From Schmidtea polychroa (Eukaryota), in contig CM097885.1 of assembly GCA_044892525.1 (NCBI GenBank), forward strand, positions 80,538,001-80,602,000: 64,000 nucleotides of DNA, read 5' to 3'. Below are positions 50,350 through 64,000 of the stretch, one piece after another. The position numbers and the translations under genes are program-made. Position 1 is the stretch's first letter, and every line of letters begins with the position of its first letter. The notes beneath the pieces were generated by a model, which had not been told where the DNA came from, did no database searches, and saw only the letters and a program-made list of their open reading frames with translations.

Positions 50350-52792
50350 GATCACTTTCCCGACAAAAGGTTTAAAAACTAAAAGAGAATTAATTCAGGT
50401 AAAAAATTCAGTAAGTAATTCAGAAATTATTTAAGTTAAAAAATTTAATAAATAAATAAAAAAATAAAAATTAGTTAAGTTAAAACTAGTTTAAAGAAAG
50501 AAAAAATTAATGTAAATTTTTTTTAATAAAAGTTAAAAAAATAATTAATAAATATAATTTAATTTTGAGTCATAAAATTAAATTAAAAAATTAGTCAATA
50601 ATCAATGAAAGCATTAAATTTAATTTTCAGACTTCTGTTTTGAAATTCATATTCATAAAGGTTTTTATGAATATTAAAGCTTGAGCTAAGCATTATAAAA
50701 AAATATCAAAAAAAAATTGTATGTTAAAAAACGTAAATAGAATATATTAGAAACCTAAAAATAAATTTAAAACATAAATAAATTAAAAATGTTTAATTTA
50801 AAGAGCTTATTCATAAAGAAACACTATGATCAATGCCACGAAGATAATCTAATAAAGTTAAATTTCTATGGTTATTAAAAACTGTTAAGATTCTTCTATC
50901 TCTTTCAATCACCTTTTTACTGTGCTTTGGACGTTCTTCGCCTCGAATAATACACTCAACTGAATTATCGACTTGTTTCTGCTCTTTTTGGAATTCTTTG
51001 ATAATATTATATAACCCAATGGGTGTTCCTGGGACACCCGATTCAATTGAATCATAAACTGACCACAATGAAGGAGGAAATAATGGCGGCGTTGGAACAT
51101 TTTCACTATTTCTTAAATTATGCCTGATTCTTTCATGCATGTAATTTTGCTCAAACCAATCAATCATTTCAATGGCATCAATTGAAATTTGAGGCGTGTT
51201 CCAAGGCATCAAAGGCATCTGGAATTTCACTCGCAGGAATAAAGGCTAGTGCAAAAAGATGACGAATAATAAGAGAAAATGATTCATCGCTTCCCTGTCT
51301 TGAAACCAAACCGCAAGATTGAATTTTTCGCCATCCACATTGCCCCAAATGAAAGAAAAACAAACTTTGTTAATTGCATTTAGAAATTCAAACTTTGATG
51401 CATTTATTGCTGCCAATTTCAAATCCGTAAATATTTTTGGTGGATTTAAATCAAATCCGTTTTCTTTACCACGATCAAATAAATCTTGAAATAATCTTTT
51501 GTAACACTCTTCATTTTTACTGGTCACAAGAGCATAAACTAGTGGCAATGTTCTGCTATTTGAATGGCCAACAGGCGCATGAATAGTGTATAATTTGTAG
51601 AAAATAGTGGGAACTGTTTTAAATTTACCATCCATCAGCCAATAAGATGCCTGAGATAGGCGCTTTAGATTTTCTTTAGATGTGAAGATCAAGATTCTTT
51701 CATTTATAACTCTTGAATCTCTTGCCAAAAATAAATCTCCATTCAAAGTATTGCATAAATGCGAAGGAATATTTATATCAATGAGTGATTGTGGTTCATT
51801 TGGTCTTTCCTCATGTCTTGTTCGCTTTATCTTTTGTCTTAAAGCGTTTTCGGATGGCAAATATGGTATTATATTTTTTTTATTGGACGCAATATTCGCC
51901 TGAATGATTTGGCATGGAAGGTCTCTTGTTTCTTTAGCCTGCATTTTTATCTCTCCAATTTTTCTCCCAACGCTAGCTGAACTTGCGTCAGGAGCGTTTA
52001 TTATGTTCACTTATTGTTCGAACATGATGCTTATCATCTAAGAATATTGTGGTTAGCCTGCTTTTGTAATTTCCAGACTTTTGTTTTCGCAAAACCAATA
52101 AAACAGATCATTTCGGTTCCTTTCCTTTACCATCAAATAACCTCTGAAGTTGAGTTTACCGTTTTTTTGGATTTAATTATTTCACAAATTTCACTCATCT
52201 TGTTGGACTAAATTTAATTAAAAACTTTAGCCATTTCAAAAATATAGTTTGATTTCAAAATAATTACTAAACTTAAATACTAAAAAAATTTATTAATAAA
52301 TGTAATCTAATCTATATCATATAAGAACTATATAAAATATTATATTATTGATTTGATAAGTATCAAATATCATTATACCCATTATTTATTTTAAGTAGTA
52401 TTATTTTTAACAAGTAAAATTATTTATTTTAAGTAATATTTTGATATTAAATTTTAATAGATTTGTACACAACATTAATGGTTCAAAATTCATATAACCA
52501 TTTTAAACAATCAATTTTATTTACACAAATTTTTTTAATGTCATTTTTGTTAAAAAATTTCTACTCTTTTATTTAAATCTTATCACTCAAAATTAAATTA
52601 TATTTATTTATTAAATGTTTTTACCTGAAATAATTTCTATTTATTTATTTATTAAATTTTTTAACTTAAATAATTTCTGTTTATTTAATAAACTTTTTTT
52701 ACCTGTATTAATTTTCTTTTAGTTTTTTTAACCGTTTGACGGGAAAGTAATCATGTCGGGCAAGTGATTGTCGGGAAATTGAACCAGACCCG
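50350..52792 (-). mobile_element. decayed Mutator/MULE element with long TIRs
   Basis: More than 100 bp of inverted terminal similarity (CACTTTCCCGACAAA..AAAACTAAAAGA..AATT..CAGGTAAAAAA). Transposase reads YWLMDGKFKTVPTIFYKLYTIH, LPLVYAL, FTDLKLAAINA, CFFHLGQC. Confidence 0.9.
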
Positions 52793-54029
52793 GTTTTTAT
52801 CACTATATTGACTATTATGGAGAAATGAATATTTTGTAAATGAATGTAATGTAGTAGTATTTTAGGAGAAATCTGTATTACCCAATTTTACATGCGATTG
52901 ACAAAACGAGTTCCTCACCTATCGTAAAGGGTTTTTAGCTTTGGCAATAAGATAACTTGCTTCATAAGAAGCTGTGAGAACTGGAATTTCAATTTTCTAA
53001 TGAGAAAACATTAGAAAATTTAAAAAATCATCTAATTCTAAAACCTTGAAAAAATAATTCAAAAAGCTTGCAAAGTTTGTTTATTTAATACTTATATATA
53101 GATAGAAATTTTAGCGTGTTGTTTTAAATTGGGAATTTTTCGCGACCTCATGAAAAAATCTAACGACCGCAGTTGTGGTCGTGACCCCTAGTTTAAGAAC
53201 CGTTGCTCTATAGTATTAATTTACTATAGCGAATTAGCTATATAGTTTTTAAATAATAATAATAATAAAATTAAAAAAAAAAATTAAAATTAACACATTG
53301 ACCATTAACTGATTCTTTCTGATTACCTTAAAAAAGAGCATCTGGTATACATAATTTTTTATGCAAATATATATTTTGTTATGTAATCATATTGTGATTT
53401 TTAAAAATTTTAAGTTAGAATTTTAGATATAAATTTGAATTGTTTTAATAATTTCGAAAAAATATTATTTCAATTATCATATATATCTAATGCCGTCAAC
53501 AGAATGGCAATAATCTAGTTAAATTTACTAGTTAGATTCACCGGCCAATCAAAGGGAATGTTGATACTGTATATGAATACGAGTATCAAGCATTTTGGCA
53601 ATTTAGTTATAATATTTTATAAAAAATTATTCAAAAACAAAGATTAGCATGAGCATACTAGGCCATCTGTTTATGGATGATATGGTGATGTACTGAGTTA
53701 TAATATTACCAAATAGCTTCGTTATTGAACTAAATAATTCGCTTTGATAATTCGTTCGTTGATCTGTAAGCAGTTTTTTGGTACTCATTATCGAAAGATA
53801 ACGTTTTATACAAATATTTTTGCAACTGTTTTTGTCTTTTGATTTTGCATCGCATATGCTTCTGGTCATTTAGTTAGAAAGTCACAAAAAAATTTCTTTT
53901 CTCATATTTGGCCATAAATATTTGTTGTGAATTATTTCGTATGTTGCTCTGTTTCCTGGGTGATTTATGTCATTTTTGAAATGCACCCGTTCCTGAATTC
54001 CTTTGGTAGGAGTATTCTTGGTGTGTTTT

Positions 54030-56010
54030 CATTACTGACGTTGTACCATATAAAACACAATTCTGTTCTTTCAGCAACACTTGAATATTCAAAATACAGC
54101 AAGAACTGTTCTTTGGAAATTGGTTGGCTCGATATCAAAGATGCGTTCGGGAGTGTTCCACATGTGTACATTTAGTCCTTACCTCGATTTGTTGCAGTGA
54201 TAAGAGAAATTTACATACATCATACAGATGCTGTATTCCGGCATTGGTTCTTTATAAATTTGTGGGCCTATTCTGACACCAAAAATTTCAATCAAACAGG
54301 GTGTCAGACAAGGATGCCATATTTCTATGATTTTGTTCGCCTTAGCGATTAACCCAGTGCTTGAAGCTGTCTCACGTTCACATATTTAGCCGTTTCTTAT
54401 TGGATGTTTCTCTGTTAAAGTTATTGCTTACGGTGATGACATCGCCTTGGTGGCAAAATCTGTTGATGATCTACAAACTCTGACCAATATAGCTGTTGAA
54501 ACTGCAAATGAAATTGGATTTGAATATCGTCCTGAAAAATGTGGATATCTCCAAATTCCTACAGTTCACATTGACAGCGAAATCTCGATCCACGGTATCA
54601 AAATCAAAAACCTATTGGTAAATGAATTTTAATAATTCCTTGGAGTACCTGTAGATGAGAAAACTGATCAGAGTCCATATGAGATTCTAAATAAAGCAGT
54701 TGACGATACATAGAAAATTGCAGATTCTGATTTGCTTCGATAGCAAATGTTGAAAGCCTACAAGATCTTTATACATTCACGTTTGATCTTTCCTTTTCGA
54801 ACACGGGAAATTAGAACTAGCGCACTTTCAACTTCTTATGCCAAAGAAAATCTTTCTATCAACATTACAAGCAAATTAAGAAGTCATTTTTGGGTAATGT
54901 TGTTTTTGCCAAATAACTTTGAAATAAGTTATTTCTATAACTCAACAGAAAACGGAGGTGCAAACTGTGTTGATCTTCTTAACTAATATCACACACAAAC
55001 ATTGACACACTTCTTTCGACCTTTCACATCAAAATGCACATATGCCAAAAAGATCAATATTGATTCCTTGAAATTTGTTACTGACCTCGAATTAGAGTCA
55101 AAGACCCTACACTCCAAGAGAGTTTCGATTTGAGCATTGACTACAAATCGTTTCACTCTGGTAAAAAAACTCATTTCCCCAAGAGTTAGAACTTCAGTTA
55201 AATATTTTGAAAAGACACACGACATTAAAATATCATTTGTTGTATTGAATAAGGAACCATCGCTTTACATAACAACTAGTGTGCGTGAAACATATGTTTT
55301 GATTCCTGACCCACGTAAAACAACTTCAAAGACCTTACACAACACACTTTCTGATGCATATCTTTTAACATGGGAGAATAGCAGCAATTTTAATCATATT
55401 GCTTCTGCTATCAAATTATCTCCGAAAATAAACAAAGCAATTTTCCGTAGTGACTTGCCTGAGTTTGCATGGAATTTTATTCATCCAGCTTATATAAATA
55501 CTCTTTTAGTCAATGCAAAACCTTACAAGAAAAGAAACGAGAGACTCTGCGGGAGATGCCATGCTGAAGAGGAGACAATGTCACATGCATTACAGTCTTG
55601 TAAAGTTCTTCAAACTTTAGCTTTACAGAGACACAATGACTGTCTTCAATTAATAACTAATCAATTAAAAAGACCTAATCTGATTGTTGTAGTCTATCAT
55701 ATCTGTTCCTTTGTCCCATAATCCAAAGAACGAGTTGATCTAATGATCACTGACTTGGAGAAAAAGAAAATTTATCTGGTCGACATGAAATGTCCAATCG
55801 ATACTGTTGCCAGCTTTGAACATGTCGATAAAAAGAACTTGGCGAAATATGAATCTCTTAGAATTGAAATACAGGCAGTTTAACAGGTTATTTTCCACTA
55901 GATACTCGTAAAGTACTTCTGAAATAGGAATAAGCACTTTAAAATTAAAAGGTCTATTGAAAGAATGTGTATAAATAATATAACACACTCCGCAAAACGT
56001 TGGTATTACC
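54030..56010 (+). pseudogene. 5'-truncated non-LTR retrotransposon, RLE clade (R2/R4/NeSL/HERO-like): RT + CCHC + restriction-like endonuclease
   Basis: GWLDIKDAFGSVPH, GVRQGC..S..LF.LAINP, AYGDDIAL, CGRCHAEEETMSHALQSC, RHNDC, RVDLMITD...IYLVDMKCP...KY. Confidence 0.88.
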
Positions 56011-56118
56011 ACACGACTGACGTACTTCTAGACACTGATAAACTAAGATATTTCTAAGATATATTTCAACTATCAATATTGCCATTATGACTTTGTGTGT
56101 GATATGTTTGTATAGATG

Positions 56119-56560
56119 TGTTGGGTTTTTAATGCAAGTCGGTACTACGATCTGACTCCTTTGTGTTCTTTTCCAAATAAATAAATAAATAAATAACCCA
56201 ACACAAAATCTTTATTGACACTGATGCAGTTACACCTTTACACTTGTATTAGTTTACTCACACTTGATACAATCAGGTTTTGTCTGCACTTTTCAATTTA
56301 TTACCAAATCTCACGCAGGGGTAGATCTTCCAACAGGAGATGTCCCTTTCTGGTACGTTCGATTTTTTTTAAATGGTTTAATTTCTACTAACTTTAATAT
56401 TTCCTTTTTCGCTCTCTTCAAACTTCTATTTTCTTTTCTTCGACCAACTGGCATTTTGTTTTCTTGCCAGTTGCTTTTATACTCGTTTGGTAATTGACTT
56501 CATTTTTGCCAATTATTTTTGGTTTTATTTATTATTTATTTATTTAATAAGAAAATCAGT
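56119..56560 (-). mobile_element. LTR end fragment related to 58629
   Basis: TGTTGGGTTTT..CAAGTCGGT..CTGACTCCT..TGTTCTT is shared with 58629-58690. Confidence 0.5.
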
Positions 56561-56629
56561 TTAGTTAGAAATCCGGAATTCCAACTATAGATTCAATTCA
56601 ATTATCTAATAATTCTATTTCAAAAAAAT

Positions 56630-56830
56630 TTTTTTTTTCAATCCACATTCTCAGAGAAATTTCAATAACTGACATAATTGAATTCCACATTCTCAGAGAA
56701 ATTTCAATAACTGACATAATTGAATTCTCTTTTAGAACGAAGGATAATTGATTCTCAATCCACATTCCCAGAGAAATTTCAATAACCGACATAATTGAAT
56801 TCTCTTTTAGAACAAGGATAATTGACGGCG
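56630..56830. repeat. imperfect tandem duplications of a ~40-75 bp unit
   Basis: ATCCACATTC(T/C)CAGAGAAATTTCAATAAC(T/C)GACATAATTGAATT occurs three times. Confidence 0.85.
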
Positions 56831-56965
56831 AAACTTCAATGAGTTTCCCCAAATTGCCTCTCAGATAGCCAATGATTTTAATGCATTAAATGGCTTCTGA
56901 TTGGCTGCTTTTTCTTCCATTAATAGGTAAGAAATTTTATTTTTTCTTCATATTTTTTAATTCAG

Positions 56966-57534
56966 GAACAAAATGAGAAAAAGATTATTACTGGAAATCA
57001 ATGTTCTGGGGGTGCATGCAATTCTAATACGTTTAACAAATTATGCTACTTCTCTGAGAAGCACCCAAAAATTACTTTGGAATCAACTAAGAAAACACGG
57101 CGAATTATGTGACGTAGCCTTGATTGTTGGTCAAAAAAAAATCTTAGCCCATAGAATTGTGTTATCTGCATGTAGTCCTTATTTTAAAGCTATGTTTACT
57201 GGCGAATTATCTGAATCACTACAAAATGAAGTAATTAAATATTTGGTTATCTTTATCAGACGATATTAGGTAACATTAAGGGATATCGATGAAAGTGCTG
57301 TTGAAGCATTGGTAGAATTTTGTTATACATCTCAAATTGTTATTGAAGAGTGGAATGTACAGTGTTTACTACCAGCTGCTTGTTTATTACAATTATCAGA
57401 AATTCAAGATGTTTGTTTGTGAATTTTTAAAACAGCAGCTTGATCCATCTAATTGCTTAGGTATCCGAGCTTTTGATGATGCTTGTAATGACTTATTAAC
57501 CATTGCTGCTAAATTTACACACCATAATTTTCAA
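56966..57534 (+). pseudogene. KLHL20: Kelch-like BTB-BACK gene fragment (KLHL20/diablo-like), frameshifted, no Kelch repeats seen
   Basis: [44 protein letters not shown], intron 57231-57269, [50 protein letters not shown]. Two frameshifts. A second 39-nt intron lies at 56927-56965. Confidence 0.8.
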
Positions 57535-58628
57535 GTACACTTTATTTATTATTACCTCAAGATCGTCCTCTTAAGCAGGTGGATAAATTTTGTGTTAATA
57601 TAAACTTATATTGATTATTTATTATATTGTGTAAAATAATTTCCAGATTCCTTGATGATTTAACACAATAAATTGAAACATTAATTATCGCAATTGTCAC
57701 TGTATTAACTGGAAATCGAAAATCTATTTCCAACTTAAAATGGTACGCAGAGACATGAATATTGTTGATTTCGAAGCGAATATGAAACCATAAAGTATGT
57801 AGATATTAGCCCCATAGACCACTATGAGTTATATAGATTCCATTTTTGAATTAGGATGAATTTTGTAGATTTTTAATTGATTTGCACTCGAAAATTTGGT
57901 GTTTAAATGGTCACAATGAACTCAAAGATCTATTCTCACCACTTCTATGATACAAGATGCTTTCAAGTCATTAACGTATAAATCGATCCTAAAAATTATT
58001 ATATATTTGTATTTAAAATTTCATTGAGATTTTCCAATTTTTTTTTCTCACTGTAACTGCAAACTCAGCCTTCAATAAATCAGGGTAAAATAAGTTGAAA
58101 ACGAATGCGCATTAAGGAACAAATTAGTGATTGCCTTCTGTTATCGTGGGAAAAGAAGTAAGCGCATTCCAATCTGTAAGAAAAGACTACGAAAAATGTG
58201 GAAAGATCTAGAATGATGATGATTCCAGATAATGATAAATTTTTGTTGAGTTTTCTGTTCTGGTTATTGCAAATTTTTTGCAGACAAATTAATTTGACAG
58301 AGTTTTTATTTGTTATTAACAAAGAAAAATTTATTATGAAATCCTCTTTCTGGCAGCAGGGATTATAAGAGTTTCCTTTTCAAACTCCAGGAGAAAGAAA
58401 ATTTGAATTTATATATTTCTATTTGGATTTTAGGAAGTAAGTTATTTAATCTTTATTAATTTCTATTTTTAATCATTTGAATAAATATTTTAATCCAATA
58501 AATTAATAATTTTCGTCTATACTCAAATTTTATGCATAGATATAGATAAATAGTTTTGGATAAATATAGATATAGAGACACCGAGATACATAGAGAAACT
58601 TATAAACAAATATAGATTTAGATAAAAA

Positions 58629-59700
58629 TGTTGGGTTTTGGATTATTTCAAGTCGGTTCTCTCTGACTCCTGGTGTTCTTCAAATTAAAACAATGAACGA
58701 CCCAACGTATATTGAAACAACAGGTTCACAATTTATTATCACGCTACAATTACCAATCAAAGTTTTATACGATTCTCCGCTCGGCGTTGATGCTTTGCCA
58801 ACAAACAATATTCACCTTTTGATCCTTTAGTTCTCTCGACTCTCTTTTTCCTCGGTTTCTCTTTGGTTTGATCCCTTTTTGCCTTTCCGTATTCTTAATT
58901 CTATTTCTTCTTTTCCCTACTTCCCTAAATTCGTTTTTACCTCTCGACTATTCTCGATTCTTCTTACCCTACCTGAGGCAAAATGCCGATTTTCTCTGAT
59001 TTTCCCTTTGCTTATATACTCCTCGAAATCAGGATGACAAATGGTTATTGCCGAGCCAATCTTTCGTTTGACATTTTCTCCTACGTGTTTGCTTCGGCTG
59101 TCATCTTTAATGGTCCAACGAATCCAGATAATTAATGGCCCTACCGGTCTTCCTACGCGCGTTATCTTCTCCTTACTCTTTTCCCATTAATCATTGTGTC
59201 AAGCTAATGGGCCCAAATCTTCCTTTTGTTTGCCTTTCTTCTTGTTTACCCAGCTCGGGTTTCCTTTATCTCTCGGGTTCTCCATTGGCTCGGGTTTCCC
59301 ATTAGCTCGGGTTTTTCATTAGCCAATTAATTAATTAATTAACGTTTTCTGTTTTCATACGTTTGAATGTTTTTCGACCCTTCCTAACCCTTTTCTGATA
59401 AATCCCTAACCATCATCTTGTTGACCATTAGCTAATCTATACCTGTCCCGTTTTTCCCATTCGATTTCGATGATTTTTCCATTTATTGATTTTTCTCGGA
59501 TTTCCGGATTCTCGCCTTTCGTAATTGCTTTTTGCATTTTCTAATACTGTTTCCATCGCACTTTCCTTTACTATTAATTCTGTGCACGATCCCGCTTTTA
59601 TTTGACATTTTTCCTCGCTTACTTTCCATTTGAATTATTATCCTAAATTTTATTTAAATTTTTTATTTTAATTTACAGACCTCAACATATCTCCCCCCTT
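58629..59700 (-). mobile_element. Ty3/gypsy-like 3' LTR (~1.06 kb) with polypurine tract
   Basis: Minus strand reads TTTCGAGGACGAAA..AAGGGGGGAG-ATA-TGTTGAGG...CCCAACA. Internal CTCGGGTTT repeats. Confidence 0.75.
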
Positions 59701-61469
59701 AAAAAATTTTTTCGTCCTCGAAATTTATGTTTTGCTGTGATTATGTCCTTGGACGTAATTTTACATGCATTTAAATATTATTAGATTGTACTTTATACTT
59801 TAACGAGTAATATTATTATTAATATTATTGTTACTATTATTAATATTATTCATTTCTATTCCTTACTAATTAAAGGGCAATCAAAATACAACTATTTTAG
59901 TTCAATACATCAGACCGAAAATCCGGTTCATTCCAAAAATTATTATTATTATAATTATTATTATAATTATTATTTATTCATTTTTGTTTTGCTGTTGTTG
60001 TTTTCGTTGTTGTTGTTATTGTTGTTCTTATCATCTAATAAAAATTTCACTTAATTATTTAACTTTGATAAATATTTTCTTTCATTTATATAGACTTTAT
60101 ATATAATTATTTTAACATGGATTAGTCGCAATATGTGACTAAATCTCTGATCTGTGCGAATATCATGACAATCTAAAATCCAATTTATTATCAAATTAAT
60201 TTTCGTTGAAAATTCGGACAGATAACTTTAGTTTTAATAAACTGGACTTTTAATAGTCTGGGTTTTTCATCAAATAATTTTGATATCGAATATAAGATAA
60301 ACGACAGTTCAAACAAACAATGGTAATTTATTTTCCCGGTGTTATCAAAATCTTTATCCATTTGTTGTCGCTAGACCTTTTTAAAGCGTAGGATAGGGAA
60401 ATTAATGATGATGGAGTTCTCCCCGGAAAACTGGCTTTCTCTGTTTCTCTGATATAAGAACATACATGCATCATTCGCTAGTTGTGATAGAAATTAACAA
60501 ACAGAGTGCATACCATTGGTGATCGATGTGTCAATTTGTACAAATGACGAATAATGAAAACAGAAATTATTGTCGTGTCTCTAATAATTTTTTACGATAT
60601 TTGATTGGTTTTAAAATAAAACACACAATCTCTTCAATTTGATTGGCCATTTGAAAGAGAGAAAATGTAGCCTACTGATTTGTATTTTAAAATCAAGTCG
60701 ATTTTCGCTAACGCATTATTTAAAAATATATTTATTTTTTTTTATATTAGAGTTTATTTCATTCACACTTATTTATGGTTGACGATTGGGTTATAAAACG
60801 ATGTATGCTACAAAACGTCGAAGAAGAAACACAAAATGGTTAGATTAATTTTTTTTTTTTTGTATAAAAATTCGAATTATTCTCAGTTATTGATTCTCTA
60901 TCAAAACCGATGATTGATAAGTTGGGGAAAAATCGATATGCACTGACAACATTGAATTATGAAAATTATAGCACAGGTTTGAGATATATATTTATAGTCT
61001 GTCGATCAAATCTCAGGATTCATGCTCAAATCGAAGGTTCAATAAAATAATGAAATTTTTTATATTCTGAAATATTTTTTACAAATGATTTTTTTTGGGT
61101 TTATTAATTTATATTTTTAAGATTGAAGTAAATTAGTATAATTTAAACAAATGAATTAAGAAATAAGTACGTAAATATAGCTTAAATATTCAGGTTAGGA
61201 CTTTTTTTTTTATATTAGGTTATAAATAATATTTTTAATATATTTTTATTATATTTAGCAATAAAGAGATATCAAAATNNNNNNNNNNNNNNNNNNNNNN
61301 NNNNNNNNNNNNNNNNNNNNNNNNNNNNNNNNNNNNNNNNNNNNNNNNNNNNNNNNNNNNNNNNNNNNNNNNNNNNNNNNNNNNNNNNNNNNNNNNNNNN
61401 NNNNNNNNNNNNNNNNNNCTGTTATTACCACTATCATCACCATTATTATTATCAATATTATTATTTTAT

Positions 61470-61481
61470 CAATATTATTAC

Positions 61482-61542
<61 letters not shown>

Positions 61543-61560
61543 ATTATTATTATTATTTAT
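61470..61560. repeat. (ATT)n microsatellite
   Basis: Near-pure ATT run next to a gap. Confidence 0.95.
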
Positions 61561-61587
61561 CACAATCCTACTCCAATTATCGCAATT

Positions 61588-61880
61588 ATCGGGACGTCTA
61601 TTGATTGAGGGAAATAATTTTTATCGGGACGTCTATTAATTGAGGGAAATAATTTTTATCTGGACGTCTATTAATTGAGGTAAATAATTTTTTATCGGGA
61701 CGTTTATTAAGGGAAACACTTTTTATCTGGACGTCTATTAATTGAGGGAAATAATTTTTATCTGGACGTCTATTAATTGAGGTAAATAATTTTTTATCGG
61801 GACGTTTATTAAGGGAAACACTTTTTATCTGGACGTCTATTAATTGAGGTAAATAATTTTTTATCGGGACGTCTATTAAA
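61588..61880. repeat. minisatellite, ~9 units of 30-36 bp
   Basis: ATC(G/T)GGACGT(C/T)TATTAATTGAGG(G/T)AAATAATTTTT, with a shorter variant recurring. Confidence 0.92.
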
Positions 61881-63189
61881 AATTAATAAATCAAGTAGAC
61901 TAACGACAGTCTGGTAAGGTTATTGTAGTTTCACAGTATTGAAATTAATTATTTTAGGATATTACAGAGTACATTTAGTTTATTATTTCAGGATATTAAA
62001 AAGATATTCCTGCCTTTTGAAAGTGAATATTGCTCCTATTTTGGTTATGTGGTGAGAATAAAAAGGAATTTTTTTAATAGTATCTGATTAAATTATATTT
62101 TGCATTTTTACAATTTTTGTGTGCGAGTTTATGAATTCATTAATTGATTAGACTGGCGACTTTGGTGGAAATCAACAGTATGTGTGTATTATTGATAATT
62201 AATTCATTTCCCATTCTATTTTATGCTAGCCATTCTCCGTTTTGTTGAACATCATCGATTTTGCCGTCAATTATTAACGATAACAAAACCCAATCTAACA
62301 CACACAAACTAATGATCGATGTTTTCAGTGTGAGTGTGTGCGTTTGCGTCTGTGTTTGTGCGCATGTGGGGTAGACTGAAGTGAAATAGATTAGTTGGAT
62401 TCCACGTTATTTACAACCCCAGTCAAAATTTGATATTTGCTGTGGTTGTTGTTATTGTTCAAGATGAATAAGGTTTACCAAAAATATGGATAAAATTGTG
62501 GTTAATAACAGAGTTGAGCAGTTGATGGGGTATGCTTGTGTGTCTGTCTGTGTGTGTGTCTTTACGATTAAGTAGTTCACGGTACTTGTACATTAATCGG
62601 GGTTCTTTGTGTGTATCTATAAATGAGTGCACTTGCGTGTATGTGTGTGTCAATTTTCTTCAAAATTCATCCCAATGGTGAATGTATTTCAATCTGATTG
62701 GTCAGTCATTCTACTTGTCAGACACAACCGCAAATTTTATTATCGACCCGGGAACAAAAATTAGTTCAACCCAATAACAGAATTGGTTGGTTTTAAATAT
62801 TTCTAGGGAGCGCATATTGAATTTTGGAAGCCATTGTGACTCGAATTTTCTGGGGCTTTTATTTTGATAAACCACTGATAAAATTTTTTTATTTTATTGA
62901 TTGCGGAAATCGATTTTTATGTGCAAAATATATGCCTAATTTATTCTCAGTTTCAAGGTAATTTATTTATTTTTTTTTCTTTCATCATTATTACTATTAT
63001 TATTAATATTATGATTTAAAAATAATTTTTTGTTATTAATGACTTGTTGGTTTATTTCGCTCGCAGCATGGTAAAAAGTTAATCTTCCCCGCACCGACCG
63101 ACTCATGATATCACTTGTTTACTCAGCCTGATAAGGTATCTGCGATGAACATTAATATTCCGAATTAATTTTTACTTATCCTGCGGTTT

Positions 63190-63320
63190 TTGACGTAGCC
63201 GATACCGATAGGCTCTATAATTAATTACCCTGTGGTTTCTTACGTAGCCGTGCTGATAAGCTTTCTAATTAATTACTCTGTAGTTTGTCAACGTAGTCTG
63301 TACTGATAAGCGTTCTATAT
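63190..63320. repeat. three diverged ~55 bp tandem units
   Basis: ACGTAG(C/T)C..(C/G)(C/T)GATA(A/G)GC..(C/T)TA(T/A)..TAATTAC repeats. Confidence 0.65.
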
Positions 63321-64000
63321 AAGTTTCTGCTTTACCACTTTTCGTTAGTTTTGTCTTGCCAATCTTGAAGTAAGCATTTTATATTTTATTTTTCTTTTTC
63401 ATATTTTTTTTTGAATTTTAGTAACGCCATCCCTCAATTACTATGGACGTAAGTGATTACTTATCTTTTGTTATTTTTTGTATTTGTGATTCTTTTTACC
63501 ATGCTGTCCTCAACTACCCTCATAGTAACCGAACACTTGCAATCGCTGTCCAGAGTAGCCAAACCCCGGTGATTGCAAGTTCTCGTGTTGCTTATTAAAT
63601 TAACTTATTGATGCTTATTAAATTAACTTATTTACTTTTTAATTTTAATTCGTTAATTTGTTTATGCAACTACCTACACTCATGTTTTGGGTCATATATT
63701 TTTGATTTTTGATTTTGTATTTATACTAAAAGCAAACCTCTAATTACAGCTACTCGTATTTTTCTGACAATTTTAGCCGTATTTATACTTATTAATTTAT
63801 TACGTAATTCTTAAAATCAATTACTTCCCTGCACTAATTATTTGTCGAGGGCGCCATGGTACGGAGTTTTACATAGTATTTATTTCGTTTTTTCTTTTCA
63901 ACCCTTACTATTTTAGGCTGTCTCAGAACCTAAGTTTGAGCATCTCGATGTTATGCAATGGTTATTTGACTGCTATACTAACAGGTTTTTTAATTTCTTT

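Noticed and set aside
61588-61880. CRISPR-like array
   Set aside because: Units are contiguous tandem repeats with no unique spacers, there are no cas genes, and the context is eukaryotic.

Overview
This is an AT-rich eukaryotic draft-assembly window (three N gaps; GT-AG introns of only 39 nt) made almost entirely of decayed, nested mobile DNA. DNA transposons present: four hAT, three piggyBac, three or four Mutator/MULE, pogo and Merlin. Retroelements present: an RLE-clade non-LTR element, Ty3/gypsy-like gag, protease, PPT and LTR remnants. The only recognisable host gene is a frameshifted KLHL20/diablo-like BTB-BACK fragment. Three things stand out. (1) There are two divergent, convergently oriented pseudogenes of a chuvirus-like (class III, gB-like) envelope glycoprotein. 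One follows a gag-like CCHC knuckle and unknown ORFs with no recognisable pol; the other is split in frame by a ~1 kb solo-LTR-like insertion with a CATG duplication. (2) An unrecognised small-protein family occurs in four copies (CxxC, coiled coil, E-G-T-W-F-S-P motif). One copy restores to an NLS + SIM-like + acidic tail, and three copies lie just upstream of short LTR-like ends. (3) A conserved ~80-140 nt structured motif with compensatory stems recurs five times in those LTR-like ends. All homology calls come from hand translation and motif recognition; no database searches were run.
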